Shown here: in pieces, positions 40,260 to 49,437 of the stretch
How the letters are laid out: the number at the start of each line of letters is the position of its first letter
Numbering within the stretch: the stretch's first letter is position 1
NCBI GenBank assembly: GCA_028684095.1
Contig: JAQUGQ010000004.1
Coordinates: 4,937-68,936 of the forward strand
DNA length: 64,000 nt
From: Clostridia bacterium
Lineage (GTDB): Bacteria; Bacillota; Clostridia; TANB77; CAG-465
Reading direction: 5' to 3'
Position numbers and translations under genes: made by a program
Notes under the pieces: model-generated
What the model saw: only the letters and a program-made list of their open reading frames with translations
The model's database searches: none
Told to the model about the DNA's origin: nothing

Positions 40260-43200
40260 AAAGAAAATACTGCTATAAGCACTAAAAAAGAGGATAAAAT
40301 TGTAACAAATACAGAGACTAAAGGGAAAGTAATTGATGAAATAATTGATAAAAGAGAAAGGAATATAAAATATTTTTATCTAAATAATAATACTGTTGAG
40401 GCAGCAATTTATCCAAATGCAGTTCATTATATGCAAGATGGAAAGTGGATAGATATAGATAATAGTTTATCTGAAATAGATGATACAGATGGACAAAAGA
40501 TAGGCGAAAATAAATCAAATAGTTTCAAAGTTAAATTTGCAAAAGAAGCTACAGATAACAAACTAATTAGTATTAAAAGTGATAAAATGGATATAAAATG
40601 GTCACTTGAAGGAGCAGAAACAGCACAAATGCAAACTAATTCACTTGCAGAAGATTTAAATGTTTTGAACAAAAAAGAAGATAAAACATTATTAAAAAAC
40701 ATTTCATCAAGTGTAATATATACGGATATAATGAAAAATGTAGATATATCATATGATATTGTGTCAGAAACTGTAAAAGAAAATATTATTTTAAAAACAG
40801 TTGATGCAGCAGAAAATAAATTTATATTCAATTTAGATATTGGCGATTTAGAAGCTAAATTAAATATAGACAAAAGTATATCAATATATAATTCTAAAAA
40901 TGAATTAGTATCAAAAATTGATGCACCATTCATGTATGATTCGAAACTTGAATATAGTGATGCAGTAGATGTTCTGCTTACTAAAAATAATAAAGAATAT
41001 ACATTGGAAATTAAACCTAATGAAGAATGGCTTAATAATCCAGAAAGGGTATTTCCAGTTAAAATAGACCCAACTGTAAATACATCACTATATTATCAGG
41101 ATATTAAGGATACATATATATATGATGGAGATTATAATAATCCAACAAGATATCAAGCTCATATAGTAAGAGCTGGCGGAGGAATTAGTAAAATTTTTAG
41201 GTCATTAATAAAATTTACACTTCCAACTTTAAATGCTGGGGATCAAGTAATTGATGCACAACTTAATTTATGTAATTACCCTGATACAGAAGAATGGAAT
41301 CCTTGGACAGGACCATTACAAATAAATGTCCATAAAGTAACTAGTGATTGGCAACAAGAAAGCGCTTATTGGTCAAATACTGCAAATATTTATGATCCTA
41401 AAATTGTAGATTACATGACATACCAATATGATGCAAGTAATTCAATGAAACAAAATGCTTGGAACATTACATCAATAGTGAAAGATTGGTATGTAACAGG
41501 AAATAATTACGGATTAATGCTAAAAGAAAATACTGAAGCAATAACAGGACATAATGAAGCATACTTTTTGTCTGCAGATACAACTGCCGCATATTATTTA
41601 AATTATAGACCGGTTGTAACTATTACATATCGTAATCAAACAGGATTAGAAAATTATTGGAGTTACCATAACCAAACAATAGGAAGAGCAGGGACAAGTT
41701 CTATTAATGATTATAACGGCAACCTTGTGTTAACTCATGGTGATGCTGCAACTCCTGGCAACCGTATGCCTGTTTCAATAAACCACGTATTTAATACAAA
41801 TGATAAAAATAAAGATATAGGATTTGGACCTGGATGGAGATTAAATATATCCCAAATGGTTAGTTTAGAGACTATAGGAAGTACACAATATGCAAAGTAT
41901 ATTGATGAAGATGGAACTGCTCACTATTTTTTAAAACAAGGTACAACCAATACATATCTTGATGAAGACGGATTAGGATTAACATTAACATATAATTCAG
42001 ATACAACCTTTACAATGAAAGATAAAGGAGATAATGTATTAACTTTTGAAAAGAAGGTAGTGTCGGGTAGTGATTTATGGCACTTAAATAAGATTACTGA
42101 TGCTAATGGTAATTCAATTAATATAACATTTTTAGCTGGATATCCTAATAATTTTTATATTGACAAGGTAACAGATGGTGCAGGAAGTAAAATTACATTT
42201 GGCTGGGCATATGGATACTTAAATGTAATGATAGATCAGAACTCTAAGGTATTAACTTATGGATATGATGCTAATTGGAAACTAACATCAATCACATATC
42301 CAGATAGTAAACAATCAATATATACATATGATACAAATAGTCTAATGACTAGTGCAAAAAATATTGATAATTCACACGTTGATTATTCATATAATGTAGG
42401 AATGCCATATAGAATAAATACAGTAAAAGAATATAGTACTGCTAATGAACTTGGAAATAGCTTAAGTTTTGTATATGGCAATAATGCAACAACATTCACA
42501 GATAATAAAGGATTCAGTAATACATATTCATTTACTAATGCAGGTCATGCAGTAAGCATCTCAGATTTTGGTAATAATACGAATAATATTAATAATGCAT
42601 ATGGAAAGATGTATAAATATGGTACATCAGGAGGTGAGAATAATAAATTAAAGCTTGAGTCTAAATTAATGACACCAGTAATAAATAGAGTTATAAATTC
42701 TAGTGGTGAGGCAGATGGAAATTGGACGCATTGGTATTGGGGTGTAAATAATGGCTCAATATCAATGACAAACACTCAATCATATTTTGGAAGTAGATCA
42801 ATTAAAGTAGTAGCTAATGGCAATAATTCGACATCTAGAATGTATGGATATCAATGGGCTACATTAGAAAAAGGAAAAACATATACTTTATCAGCATATG
42901 TAAAAACTGAAGGTATTACAAACAATAACGGTGGTGGAGCGATGCCTTTTATTTACTATTATTCACCAACGGGTACTAAGTCGGTTGATGCTACATCAGT
43001 AAATGGAACATCAGATTGGAAAAAATATAGTTGTACATTTACTTATTCTACAGATGCAACAAGCGATGTGGTTATAGCGATGGGAATCAAGACTGAAAAT
43101 GGAACAGCATATTTTGATGGTGTACAACTAGAAGAAGGAGAAACTGCAAATACATATAACTTAATAGAAAATTCTGGTTTTGATAATGGACTTACAAGCT

Positions 43201-46200
43201 GGATAAGAAACTCAGACTGTAATATGACAAATGATAATGTTGTATCAATTCCAACAGGTAATGCAGTCAAAATAACAGGGGAATCAACTAAACGTAAAAA
43301 CATCTGCCAAAATGTTAAAATTTCTGGTAAAAAAGGAGATGTGTTTTCATTATCTGGTTGGGTAAAAAGTAACTCAGTTGCACTAAGTGCACCAAGAGCA
43401 AATAGTATTACAGCAGGGATATGCAGGTTAGATGGTACTTTTCAATGGGTAGATGTCAGTATGAATCCAGATAGTAATACATGGCAATATTCATCAAATG
43501 AATTTGTAGTAGATAGTGACTATAGTTACATAGACATATATATACTATATTATTATAATTCAAATGAAGTATATTTTGATAATATAGGACTTTTCAAAGA
43601 TGATTTTGGACAAAGTTATACATATGATAAAAACGGAAATTTAATATCATCACAAGATATGGCAAAGAAAAATTCATCGATGCAGTATAACGGAAAAAAT
43701 GAATTGTTAAAACAAACTGATCCAAAAGGTGGAAGTTTTACTTATGAATATGACTCAAAAGTAAAAAATAGATTGTTAGTAGCAACAAACAATTCAAAAA
43801 TAAAATATTCATTAGAATACGATGGATATGGTAATACAATAAGTACAACAGTAAATAATACAGATAAAGTTTCAACAACAGTTGTACCAGGTAAAACATA
43901 TCATATAAAATCAAAGAGTAGTGGATTATATATGGATGCTGATAATTGGAGTACGGCAAATGGGACCAATGTACAACAATATCAATTTCATGGTGGAACA
44001 AATCAGCAATGGAAAGCATATGATGCCGGAGATGGATACTACTATTTTAAACCTATTTATTCAGATAATATAACACTTGATACATCAAGTACAACTAATA
44101 ATATTCAGCTTTGGGCTCTTCATGGTGGTGATAACCAGAAATGGAAATTAGAAAAAAATTCTGATGATTCATTTAAAATAATAGTTAAAAGTCAAGAGCA
44201 AACAAATTCTGTAACAGTAGCGGGAGATTCAAAAGTAAATTGTGGAAATATTGGGCAAGAAAAATATGAGAATAAAGAAAGTCAAAGCTTCTATTTTGAA
44301 GAGGTAGGAGTAGATAATTCCATAGATAAATCCATTATTGAATCAGGTGAAGTATTCTATATTAAGTCTAAAAGCAGTGGTTTGTATTTAGATTACGCTA
44401 AAGATTTAAATGGAAATATATTAAGTGATGCAAATGGTGTATATATAGCACAAAGAGAATATAATGCATCAAATTCGCAATTGTGGAGAATATCTAGAAG
44501 AGAAAATGGAACATATAAATTAGTACCTTTAGCTAGTGATACAGGAAGAGCTTTAACGGTATCTGGGAATGTAAATGAAAACAATAGACTCGTTGAGATG
44601 TGGTCATACCATGAAGCAGCACCAGAACAAAATTGGGTAATAACTAAAAAAATAGATGATACATATAGTATTATGTCTAATAGTACACAAAAATATTTGA
44701 CAATATTAAATAATTCGATATTGCCCGAAGCAACAATGGTAATATATAGTTATACTGGTACAGCAAATCAACAATGGTATTTGGAACCAGCTAATATGGT
44801 AAATATAGAAGATACAGCTACATATAAAATTAAGAATAAAAACAGTGGATTGTATGTTGGTGTGAAAGATTCAGGTGACTTTAATGGTACAAATGTAGAA
44901 CAGGTTGCAGCAAGTGATAATTTATCACAACAATGGCAATTTGTAGATTTAAAGAATGGTTATTATAAGCTTATTGCAAAACATAGTGCTACTGAGAGAG
45001 TTATGGATATAACAGATGGAAGTACCGCAGATGGAACTAATGTACAGCTATATCAATCAACTGGGACAAATGGGCAACAGTGGGAAGTAGTACCTATTGG
45101 TAATGGAGCATTTAGTTTAAAACCAAGAAATTGTAGTGGTAAAGAAGCTTTAGATTTATATTGTGGATTGACTGCACCAGGTACAAACATACAGATATGG
45201 AGTTCTCATGGAGAAGGACCTCAACAATTCTATTTAGAGAAGGTAAGTGGACCTACAAGTTCATATATCGAATCAAAAGCTTCATATACAACAGATGGAA
45301 GGTTTTTAAATAAAATAACAGATGCAAGAGGTAAAGAAGTAAGTTATAACTATAACTTTAATGAAACAACAGATACAGGATCAGGTACACTTGCAAGTGT
45401 AGTAGATGCAAAAGGAACAACAACATCATATGAATATGATAATTTAGATAGAATGACAAGTGTAACTTCAGTAACTGATGGAAAAACATATACAAATAGT
45501 TATACATATGTTAATGATAAACTATCAAGTATACTACATAATGGTTTTAATTTAAATTTTGTATACGATAACTTCGGTAATACCAAAGAAGTAAAAGTTG
45601 AAAACCAAACATTAGTAACAAACAACTATGATACAAATAACGGAAACTTAAATAGTGTGTTATATGGAAATAATCAAACAATATCTTATGTATATGATAG
45701 ATTTTCAAGAGTATCTACAAAAACAGGAACTGATGGCACATATAACTATGTTTATGATGCAAAAGGAAATTTAGCAGTAACAAAAGATAATGTAAACAAT
45801 GTAACATACAACTATACATATGATTTAGCAGATAGGCCAGTAAAACTACAAGGAAGTAATGGATACAGTTCACAATATAAATATGACAATAACAGTAATA
45901 TAAACAACATTACATATAACTTTGGTAGTTTATCTAACGCTACAAGTTATGCATATGATAGTGATAACAAAATAACTAATATAAAATGGGATAATGATAA
46001 ATATACAATGTATAACTATGATAAATTAAGCAGATTACAAGATAAGTATTTAAAAAGTGGAACAAATTCATATAAGACAAGTATGACATATGTAAACGAT
46101 GAAACAAATTCATTGAAAACAACAACATTACTAAGTAGTATAAAAAATGGAACAGAAGCGGAAATACTGTATACTTATGATGATAATGGAAATATAGATA

Positions 46201-47630
46201 CAATATCTAAAGATTTTAATTTAAGACAAAGATATTACTATGATGGATTAAATCAATTAGTAAGAGAAAATAATATAGATTTAAACCAAACAATTAGTTA
46301 TACTTACGATACAGGAGGAAATTTAACAAGTAAAGACATATATGAATATACAACAGATATAAGTCTAACAGGACTTACAAAATTGGATACAAAAACTTAT
46401 ACATATGATACAGTATGGAAAGATAAATTAACAAATTATAATGGAAAAGATATAACATACGATAATATAGGAAATCCTTTAACATATGATGGTAATACAT
46501 ATACATGGCAAAATGGGAGACAATTAGCAGGAATAAGTAAAGAAGGTACTAATATATCATATAAGTATAACGATAGTGGAATACGTACACAAAAAACAGT
46601 AAATGGAGTAACAACTAATTACTATCTTGAAGGTGATAAAGTAATATATGAAACAACAGGAACAAACACAACATATTACACATATGATGGAGAAAGTAAT
46701 TTAGTAGGTTTCAAATATAATAACACACAATACTATTATGTAAGAAATGGTCAAGGAGATATAACAGGAATACTTGACAATAACCTAACTAATGTGATAT
46801 CATATACATATGACACATGGGGTAATTTAGTATCAATAAAAGATGCAAGTGGAACAGATGTAACAAGTGATACTACAAGTATAGGAAACATAAACCCATA
46901 CAGATATAGAGGTTATAGATACGATAATGAAACAGGTATGTACTACTTACAAAGTAGATATTACAATCCTGAAACTTGTCGCATGTTAAATGCAGATTCT
47001 ATTTCAGGTCAAGCAGGAGATATACTTTCTACAAACATGTATTCATATTGCAAGAATAATCCTGTAAATTATTGTGATCCAAGTGGACATTTTTCATGGG
47101 CAATTCCGTTTTTAACATCAGCAATAGCTTCAATTGTTACATTATTAGCACCAGTTATTGTAACTGCATTAGTAGTTGTTATAGCTACAGTTGTAACTAT
47201 TGCACTAGGTGATGCTGTTGCAAATGCAATAAAAAAAGATATAGAAAAGAAAGATAAAATCATGAATGGTCCGCATACTGTGTATAGGTTAGTTGATCCT
47301 GATACTAAAGAGACAAAATACGTGGGTAGGACTACTAATCCGGTAGCAAGAGAGCAAGTTCATAAAGCAACACCCGGAAAAACTAATCTAAATTTTGTTC
47401 CAGTTGCTTCTGGACTTACTAGAGAGCAAGCAAGGGGAATGGAACAACAGTTAATCTTGGCATATCAAACAACAAATTTGGTTGACAGACTTAGTGGTGC
47501 TGGAAATAAGATTAATGGGATATCGTCAAAAAATCAAAAATGGGGAATATATATGGAAGCAACTAGAAGTGTTTCTTCTACAGCATATAATCTAATTGAG
47601 GATGAGATATTATATTATTTTATGCAATAG
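40173..47630 (+). CDS. Secreted RHS/YD-repeat polymorphic toxin with lectin modules and a GIY-YIG-like C-terminal nuclease (2485 aa from the ATG at 40173)
   Basis: A Sec-type signal peptide is followed by a DNRLRE-like module (SLIKFTLPTLNAGDQVIDAQLNL). Two CBM4/9-like modules and three ricin-type beta-trefoils (QxW repeats) follow. There are dozens of YxYDxxGN YD repeats, and an RHS core ending PYRYRGYRYDNETGMYYLQSRYYNPETCRML...NPVNYCDPSGH. Confidence 0.9.
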   Translation: MYRSVVLKTISVIVIMSMVINLIPLSVYGKENTAISTKKEDKIVTNTETKGKVIDEIIDKRERNIKYFYLNNNTVEAAIYPNAVHYMQDGKWIDIDNSLSEIDDTDGQKIGENKSNSFKVKFAKEATDNKLISIKSDKMDIKWSLEGAETAQMQTNSLAEDLNVLNKKEDKTLLKNISSSVIYTDIMKNVDISYDIVSETVKENIILKTVDAAENKFIFNLDIGDLEAKLNIDKSISIYNSKNELVSKIDAPFMYDSKLEYSDAVDVLLTKNNKEYTLEIKPNEEWLNNPERVFPVKIDPTVNTSLYYQDIKDTYIYDGDYNNPTRYQAHIVRAGGGISKIFRSLIKFTLPTLNAGDQVIDAQLNLCNYPDTEEWNPWTGPLQINVHKVTSDWQQESAYWSNTANIYDPKIVDYMTYQYDASNSMKQNAWNITSIVKDWYVTGNNYGLMLKENTEAITGHNEAYFLSADTTAAYYLNYRPVVTITYRNQTGLENYWSYHNQTIGRAGTSSINDYNGNLVLTHGDAATPGNRMPVSINHVFNTNDKNKDIGFGPGWRLNISQMVSLETIGSTQYAKYIDEDGTAHYFLKQGTTNTYLDEDGLGLTLTYNSDTTFTMKDKGDNVLTFEKKVVSGSDLWHLNKITDANGNSINITFLAGYPNNFYIDKVTDGAGSKITFGWAYGYLNVMIDQNSKVLTYGYDANWKLTSITYPDSKQSIYTYDTNSLMTSAKNIDNSHVDYSYNVGMPYRINTVKEYSTANELGNSLSFVYGNNATTFTDNKGFSNTYSFTNAGHAVSISDFGNNTNNINNAYGKMYKYGTSGGENNKLKLESKLMTPVINRVINSSGEADGNWTHWYWGVNNGSISMTNTQSYFGSRSIKVVANGNNSTSRMYGYQWATLEKGKTYTLSAYVKTEGITNNNGGGAMPFIYYYSPTGTKSVDATSVNGTSDWKKYSCTFTYSTDATSDVVIAMGIKTENGTAYFDGVQLEEGETANTYNLIENSGFDNGLTSWIRNSDCNMTNDNVVSIPTGNAVKITGESTKRKNICQNVKISGKKGDVFSLSGWVKSNSVALSAPRANSITAGICRLDGTFQWVDVSMNPDSNTWQYSSNEFVVDSDYSYIDIYILYYYNSNEVYFDNIGLFKDDFGQSYTYDKNGNLISSQDMAKKNSSMQYNGKNELLKQTDPKGGSFTYEYDSKVKNRLLVATNNSKIKYSLEYDGYGNTISTTVNNTDKVSTTVVPGKTYHIKSKSSGLYMDADNWSTANGTNVQQYQFHGGTNQQWKAYDAGDGYYYFKPIYSDNITLDTSSTTNNIQLWALHGGDNQKWKLEKNSDDSFKIIVKSQEQTNSVTVAGDSKVNCGNIGQEKYENKESQSFYFEEVGVDNSIDKSIIESGEVFYIKSKSSGLYLDYAKDLNGNILSDANGVYIAQREYNASNSQLWRISRRENGTYKLVPLASDTGRALTVSGNVNENNRLVEMWSYHEAAPEQNWVITKKIDDTYSIMSNSTQKYLTILNNSILPEATMVIYSYTGTANQQWYLEPANMVNIEDTATYKIKNKNSGLYVGVKDSGDFNGTNVEQVAASDNLSQQWQFVDLKNGYYKLIAKHSATERVMDITDGSTADGTNVQLYQSTGTNGQQWEVVPIGNGAFSLKPRNCSGKEALDLYCGLTAPGTNIQIWSSHGEGPQQFYLEKVSGPTSSYIESKASYTTDGRFLNKITDARGKEVSYNYNFNETTDTGSGTLASVVDAKGTTTSYEYDNLDRMTSVTSVTDGKTYTNSYTYVNDKLSSILHNGFNLNFVYDNFGNTKEVKVENQTLVTNNYDTNNGNLNSVLYGNNQTISYVYDRFSRVSTKTGTDGTYNYVYDAKGNLAVTKDNVNNVTYNYTYDLADRPVKLQGSNGYSSQYKYDNNSNINNITYNFGSLSNATSYAYDSDNKITNIKWDNDKYTMYNYDKLSRLQDKYLKSGTNSYKTSMTYVNDETNSLKTTTLLSSIKNGTEAEILYTYDDNGNIDTISKDFNLRQRYYYDGLNQLVRENNIDLNQTISYTYDTGGNLTSKDIYEYTTDISLTGLTKLDTKTYTYDTVWKDKLTNYNGKDITYDNIGNPLTYDGNTYTWQNGRQLAGISKEGTNISYKYNDSGIRTQKTVNGVTTNYYLEGDKVIYETTGTNTTYYTYDGESNLVGFKYNNTQYYYVRNGQGDITGILDNNLTNVISYTYDTWGNLVSIKDASGTDVTSDTTSIGNINPYRYRGYRYDNETGMYYLQSRYYNPETCRMLNADSISGQAGDILSTNMYSYCKNNPVNYCDPSGHFSWAIPFLTSAIASIVTLLAPVIVTALVVVIATVVTIALGDAVANAIKKDIEKKDKIMNGPHTVYRLVDPDTKETKYVGRTTNPVAREQVHKATPGKTNLNFVPVASGLTREQARGMEQQLILAYQTTNLVDRLSGAGNKINGISSKNQKWGIYMEATRSVSSTAYNLIEDEILYYFMQ
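43881..45243 (+). other. Three tandem ricin-B-type (beta-trefoil) lectin domains embedded between YD-repeat blocks
   Basis: The QxW-type motifs recur: NQQWKAY, DNQKWKL, SQLWRIS, EQNWVIT, NQQWYLE, SQQWQFV, GQQWEVV and PQQFYLE. Each domain opens with a YxIKxKxSGLY(L/M/V) strand. Confidence 0.8.
45819..46528 (+). repeat. Homology segment A (copy in the main rhs gene) shared with the orphan cassette
   Basis: Near-identical to 48728-49437 at a constant offset of 2909 nt. Confidence 0.85.
46566..46991 (+). repeat. Homology segment B (copy in the main rhs gene) shared with the orphan cassette
   Basis: Near-identical to 49853-50278 at an offset of 3287 nt. It ends inside the RHS core just before the toxin tips diverge. 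Confidence 0.85.
47076..47090 (+). other. RHS core C-terminal DPxG(H/L) autoproteolysis-type motif (DPSGH)
   Basis: Reads NPVNYCDPSGHF, in the position of the PxxxxDPxGL demarcation of RHS toxins. Confidence 0.7.
47094..47231 (+). other. Hydrophobic Ala/Val/Thr/Ile-rich segment between the RHS core and the toxin domain
   Basis: The sequence is SWAIPFLTSAIASIVTLLAPVIVTALVVVIATVVTIALGDAVANAI. Confidence 0.7.
47268..47627 (+). other. GIY-YIG (URI)-like nuclease toxin domain
   Basis: TVYRLVDPDTKETKYVGRTTNPVAREQVH supplies the GIY...YIG...R...H elements. It is followed by LTREQARGMEQQLILAY (catalytic Glu context) and an NKINGIS Asn. Confidence 0.6.
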
Positions 47631-47646
47631 AAAGGGGAATAAATAA

Positions 47647-48483
47647 ATGGGAGCATGGGGAGTTAAAATATACCAAGATGATGTAGCACTAGATGTGAAA
47701 GAAAAATATATTGATTTGCTCAAAAGAGGAAAATCAAATAAGAGTGCTACTGATAAAATAATTAAAGAGAATGAAGATATAATAAAAGATGAAGAAGATG
47801 CACCAGTATTTTGGTTTTCGTTAGCAAATATACAATGGGATTATGGTATATTATTGCCACAAGTTAAAGAAAAAGCAATAGAATATATAAAAAGTGAAAC
47901 TAACTTAGAAAAGTGGAAAGAAGAAGTCACAGAAAAAGATTATATAAAAAGAAAAAAAGTTCTAGAAGAATTAGAAAGTAAACTTAATTCTAACATGCCG
48001 GAAGAAAAAAAAATAACACCATATAAAATATATACATGTCCGTGGAATATAGGAGATATATTCGCATATAAAATTAAAGGAGATTTATATAAAAACCATT
48101 ATATAGTTTTTGTAAAAGTAGGAAATGATAAATATGCTCCAGCTAGTACTTGTCCTTTGGTATATGTATATAATAAAATATTTAATAATATATTAACAAT
48201 TGAAGAATTAAAAAATATACAATATTTGCCTCAAGCCTATAGACCATCTGCTTATAAAGATCAATACAAAGATTTATTATATAAGTGTTTGATAGGAATA
48301 GAATTTAAAGATAAAAAATTATTAGATAATTTAGTATATTTGGGGAATAATACAGAAATAAATATGCCAGATAATGAAATATGTAATATCTATGATATGG
48401 GTAATAGATCTCTTTGCTTTTTAAAAAAATTTGAAGAAGAACAAATAAAAAGTTATGATGCATGGAAAGGAATAGATTATTAA
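47647..48483 (+). CDS. Putative cognate immunity protein
   Basis: It starts 17 nt after the toxin stop, with the SD aagggga. The N-terminus (MGAWGVKIYQDDVALD) is reminiscent of the DUF4259-type GxWGxxxxDND.A.D signature. Confidence 0.6.
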   Translation: MGAWGVKIYQDDVALDVKEKYIDLLKRGKSNKSATDKIIKENEDIIKDEEDAPVFWFSLANIQWDYGILLPQVKEKAIEYIKSETNLEKWKEEVTEKDYIKRKKVLEELESKLNSNMPEEKKITPYKIYTCPWNIGDIFAYKIKGDLYKNHYIVFVKVGNDKYAPASTCPLVYVYNKIFNNILTIEELKNIQYLPQAYRPSAYKDQYKDLLYKCLIGIEFKDKKLLDNLVYLGNNTEINMPDNEICNIYDMGNRSLCFLKKFEEEQIKSYDAWKGIDY

Positions 48484-48727
48484 TTACTTGTTGTAATATA
48501 AGAATAATTAAATAGGGTTCAAAAAAACAGAAAATTGTGAACTAAAATATAAAGAATACTGAAATTAATTTTGAACTGCACCACAAATGTTAGACAAGAA
48601 TTAGACTAACATTTGGAGGTGTATTTTTATATCTGAATATACAAATGATTTTAACTTAAATTTCACATATGATAGATTTGGCAGAGTAACAACAAAAACC
48701 AGAACTAATGTAACACATAAATATATA

Positions 48728-49437
48728 TATGATTTAGCAGATAGGCCAGTAAAACTACAAGGAAGTAATGGATACAGTTCACAATATAAATATGACAATA
48801 ACAGTAATATAAACAACATTACATATAACTTTGGTAGTTTATCTAATGCTACAAGTTATGCATATGATAGTGATAACAAAGTAACAAATGTAAAATGGGA
48901 TAATGATAAATATACAATGTATAATTATGATAAATTAAGCAGATTACAAGATAAGTATTTAAAAAGCTCATCAAATTCATATAAGACAAGTATGACATAT
49001 GTAAACGATGAAACAAATTCATTGAAAACAACAACATTACTAAGTAGTATAAAAAATGGAACAGAAGCGGAAATACTGTATACTTATGATGATAATGGAA
49101 ATATAGATACAATATCTAAAGATTTTAATTTAAGACAAAGATATTACTATGATGGATTAAATCAATTAGTAAGAGAAAATAATATGGATTTAAACCAAAC
49201 AATTAGTTATACTTATGATACAGGAGGAAATCTAACAAGTAAAGATATATATGAATATACAACAGATATAAGTCTAACAGGACTTACAAAATTGGATACA
49301 AAAACTTATACATATGATACAGTATGGAAAGATAAATTAACAAATTATAATGGAAAAGATATAACATATGATAATATAGGAAATCCATTAACATATGATG
49401 GTAATACATATACATGGCAAAATGGGAGACAACTTGC
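48728..49437 (+). repeat. Homology segment A (orphan copy)
   Basis: See 45819-46528. Confidence 0.85.

Noticed and set aside
48585-48621. A hairpin (aaatgttag...ctaacattt) followed by GGAGG and GTG at the left edge of the orphan cassette, considered as a possible hidden start.
   Set aside because: The GTG at 48619 is out of frame with the YD-repeat frame and stops after five codons. The in-frame codons near the GGAGG are ATT/ATA at poor spacing.
45976-49112. A duplicated His/Tyr/Leu-rich minus-strand ORF (MYLYFHYHHKYTVFPLLFHF...) appears at 45976-46203 and again at 48849-49112.
   Set aside because: The duplication only reflects rhs homology segment A read on the antisense strand. It is not an independent repeated gene.
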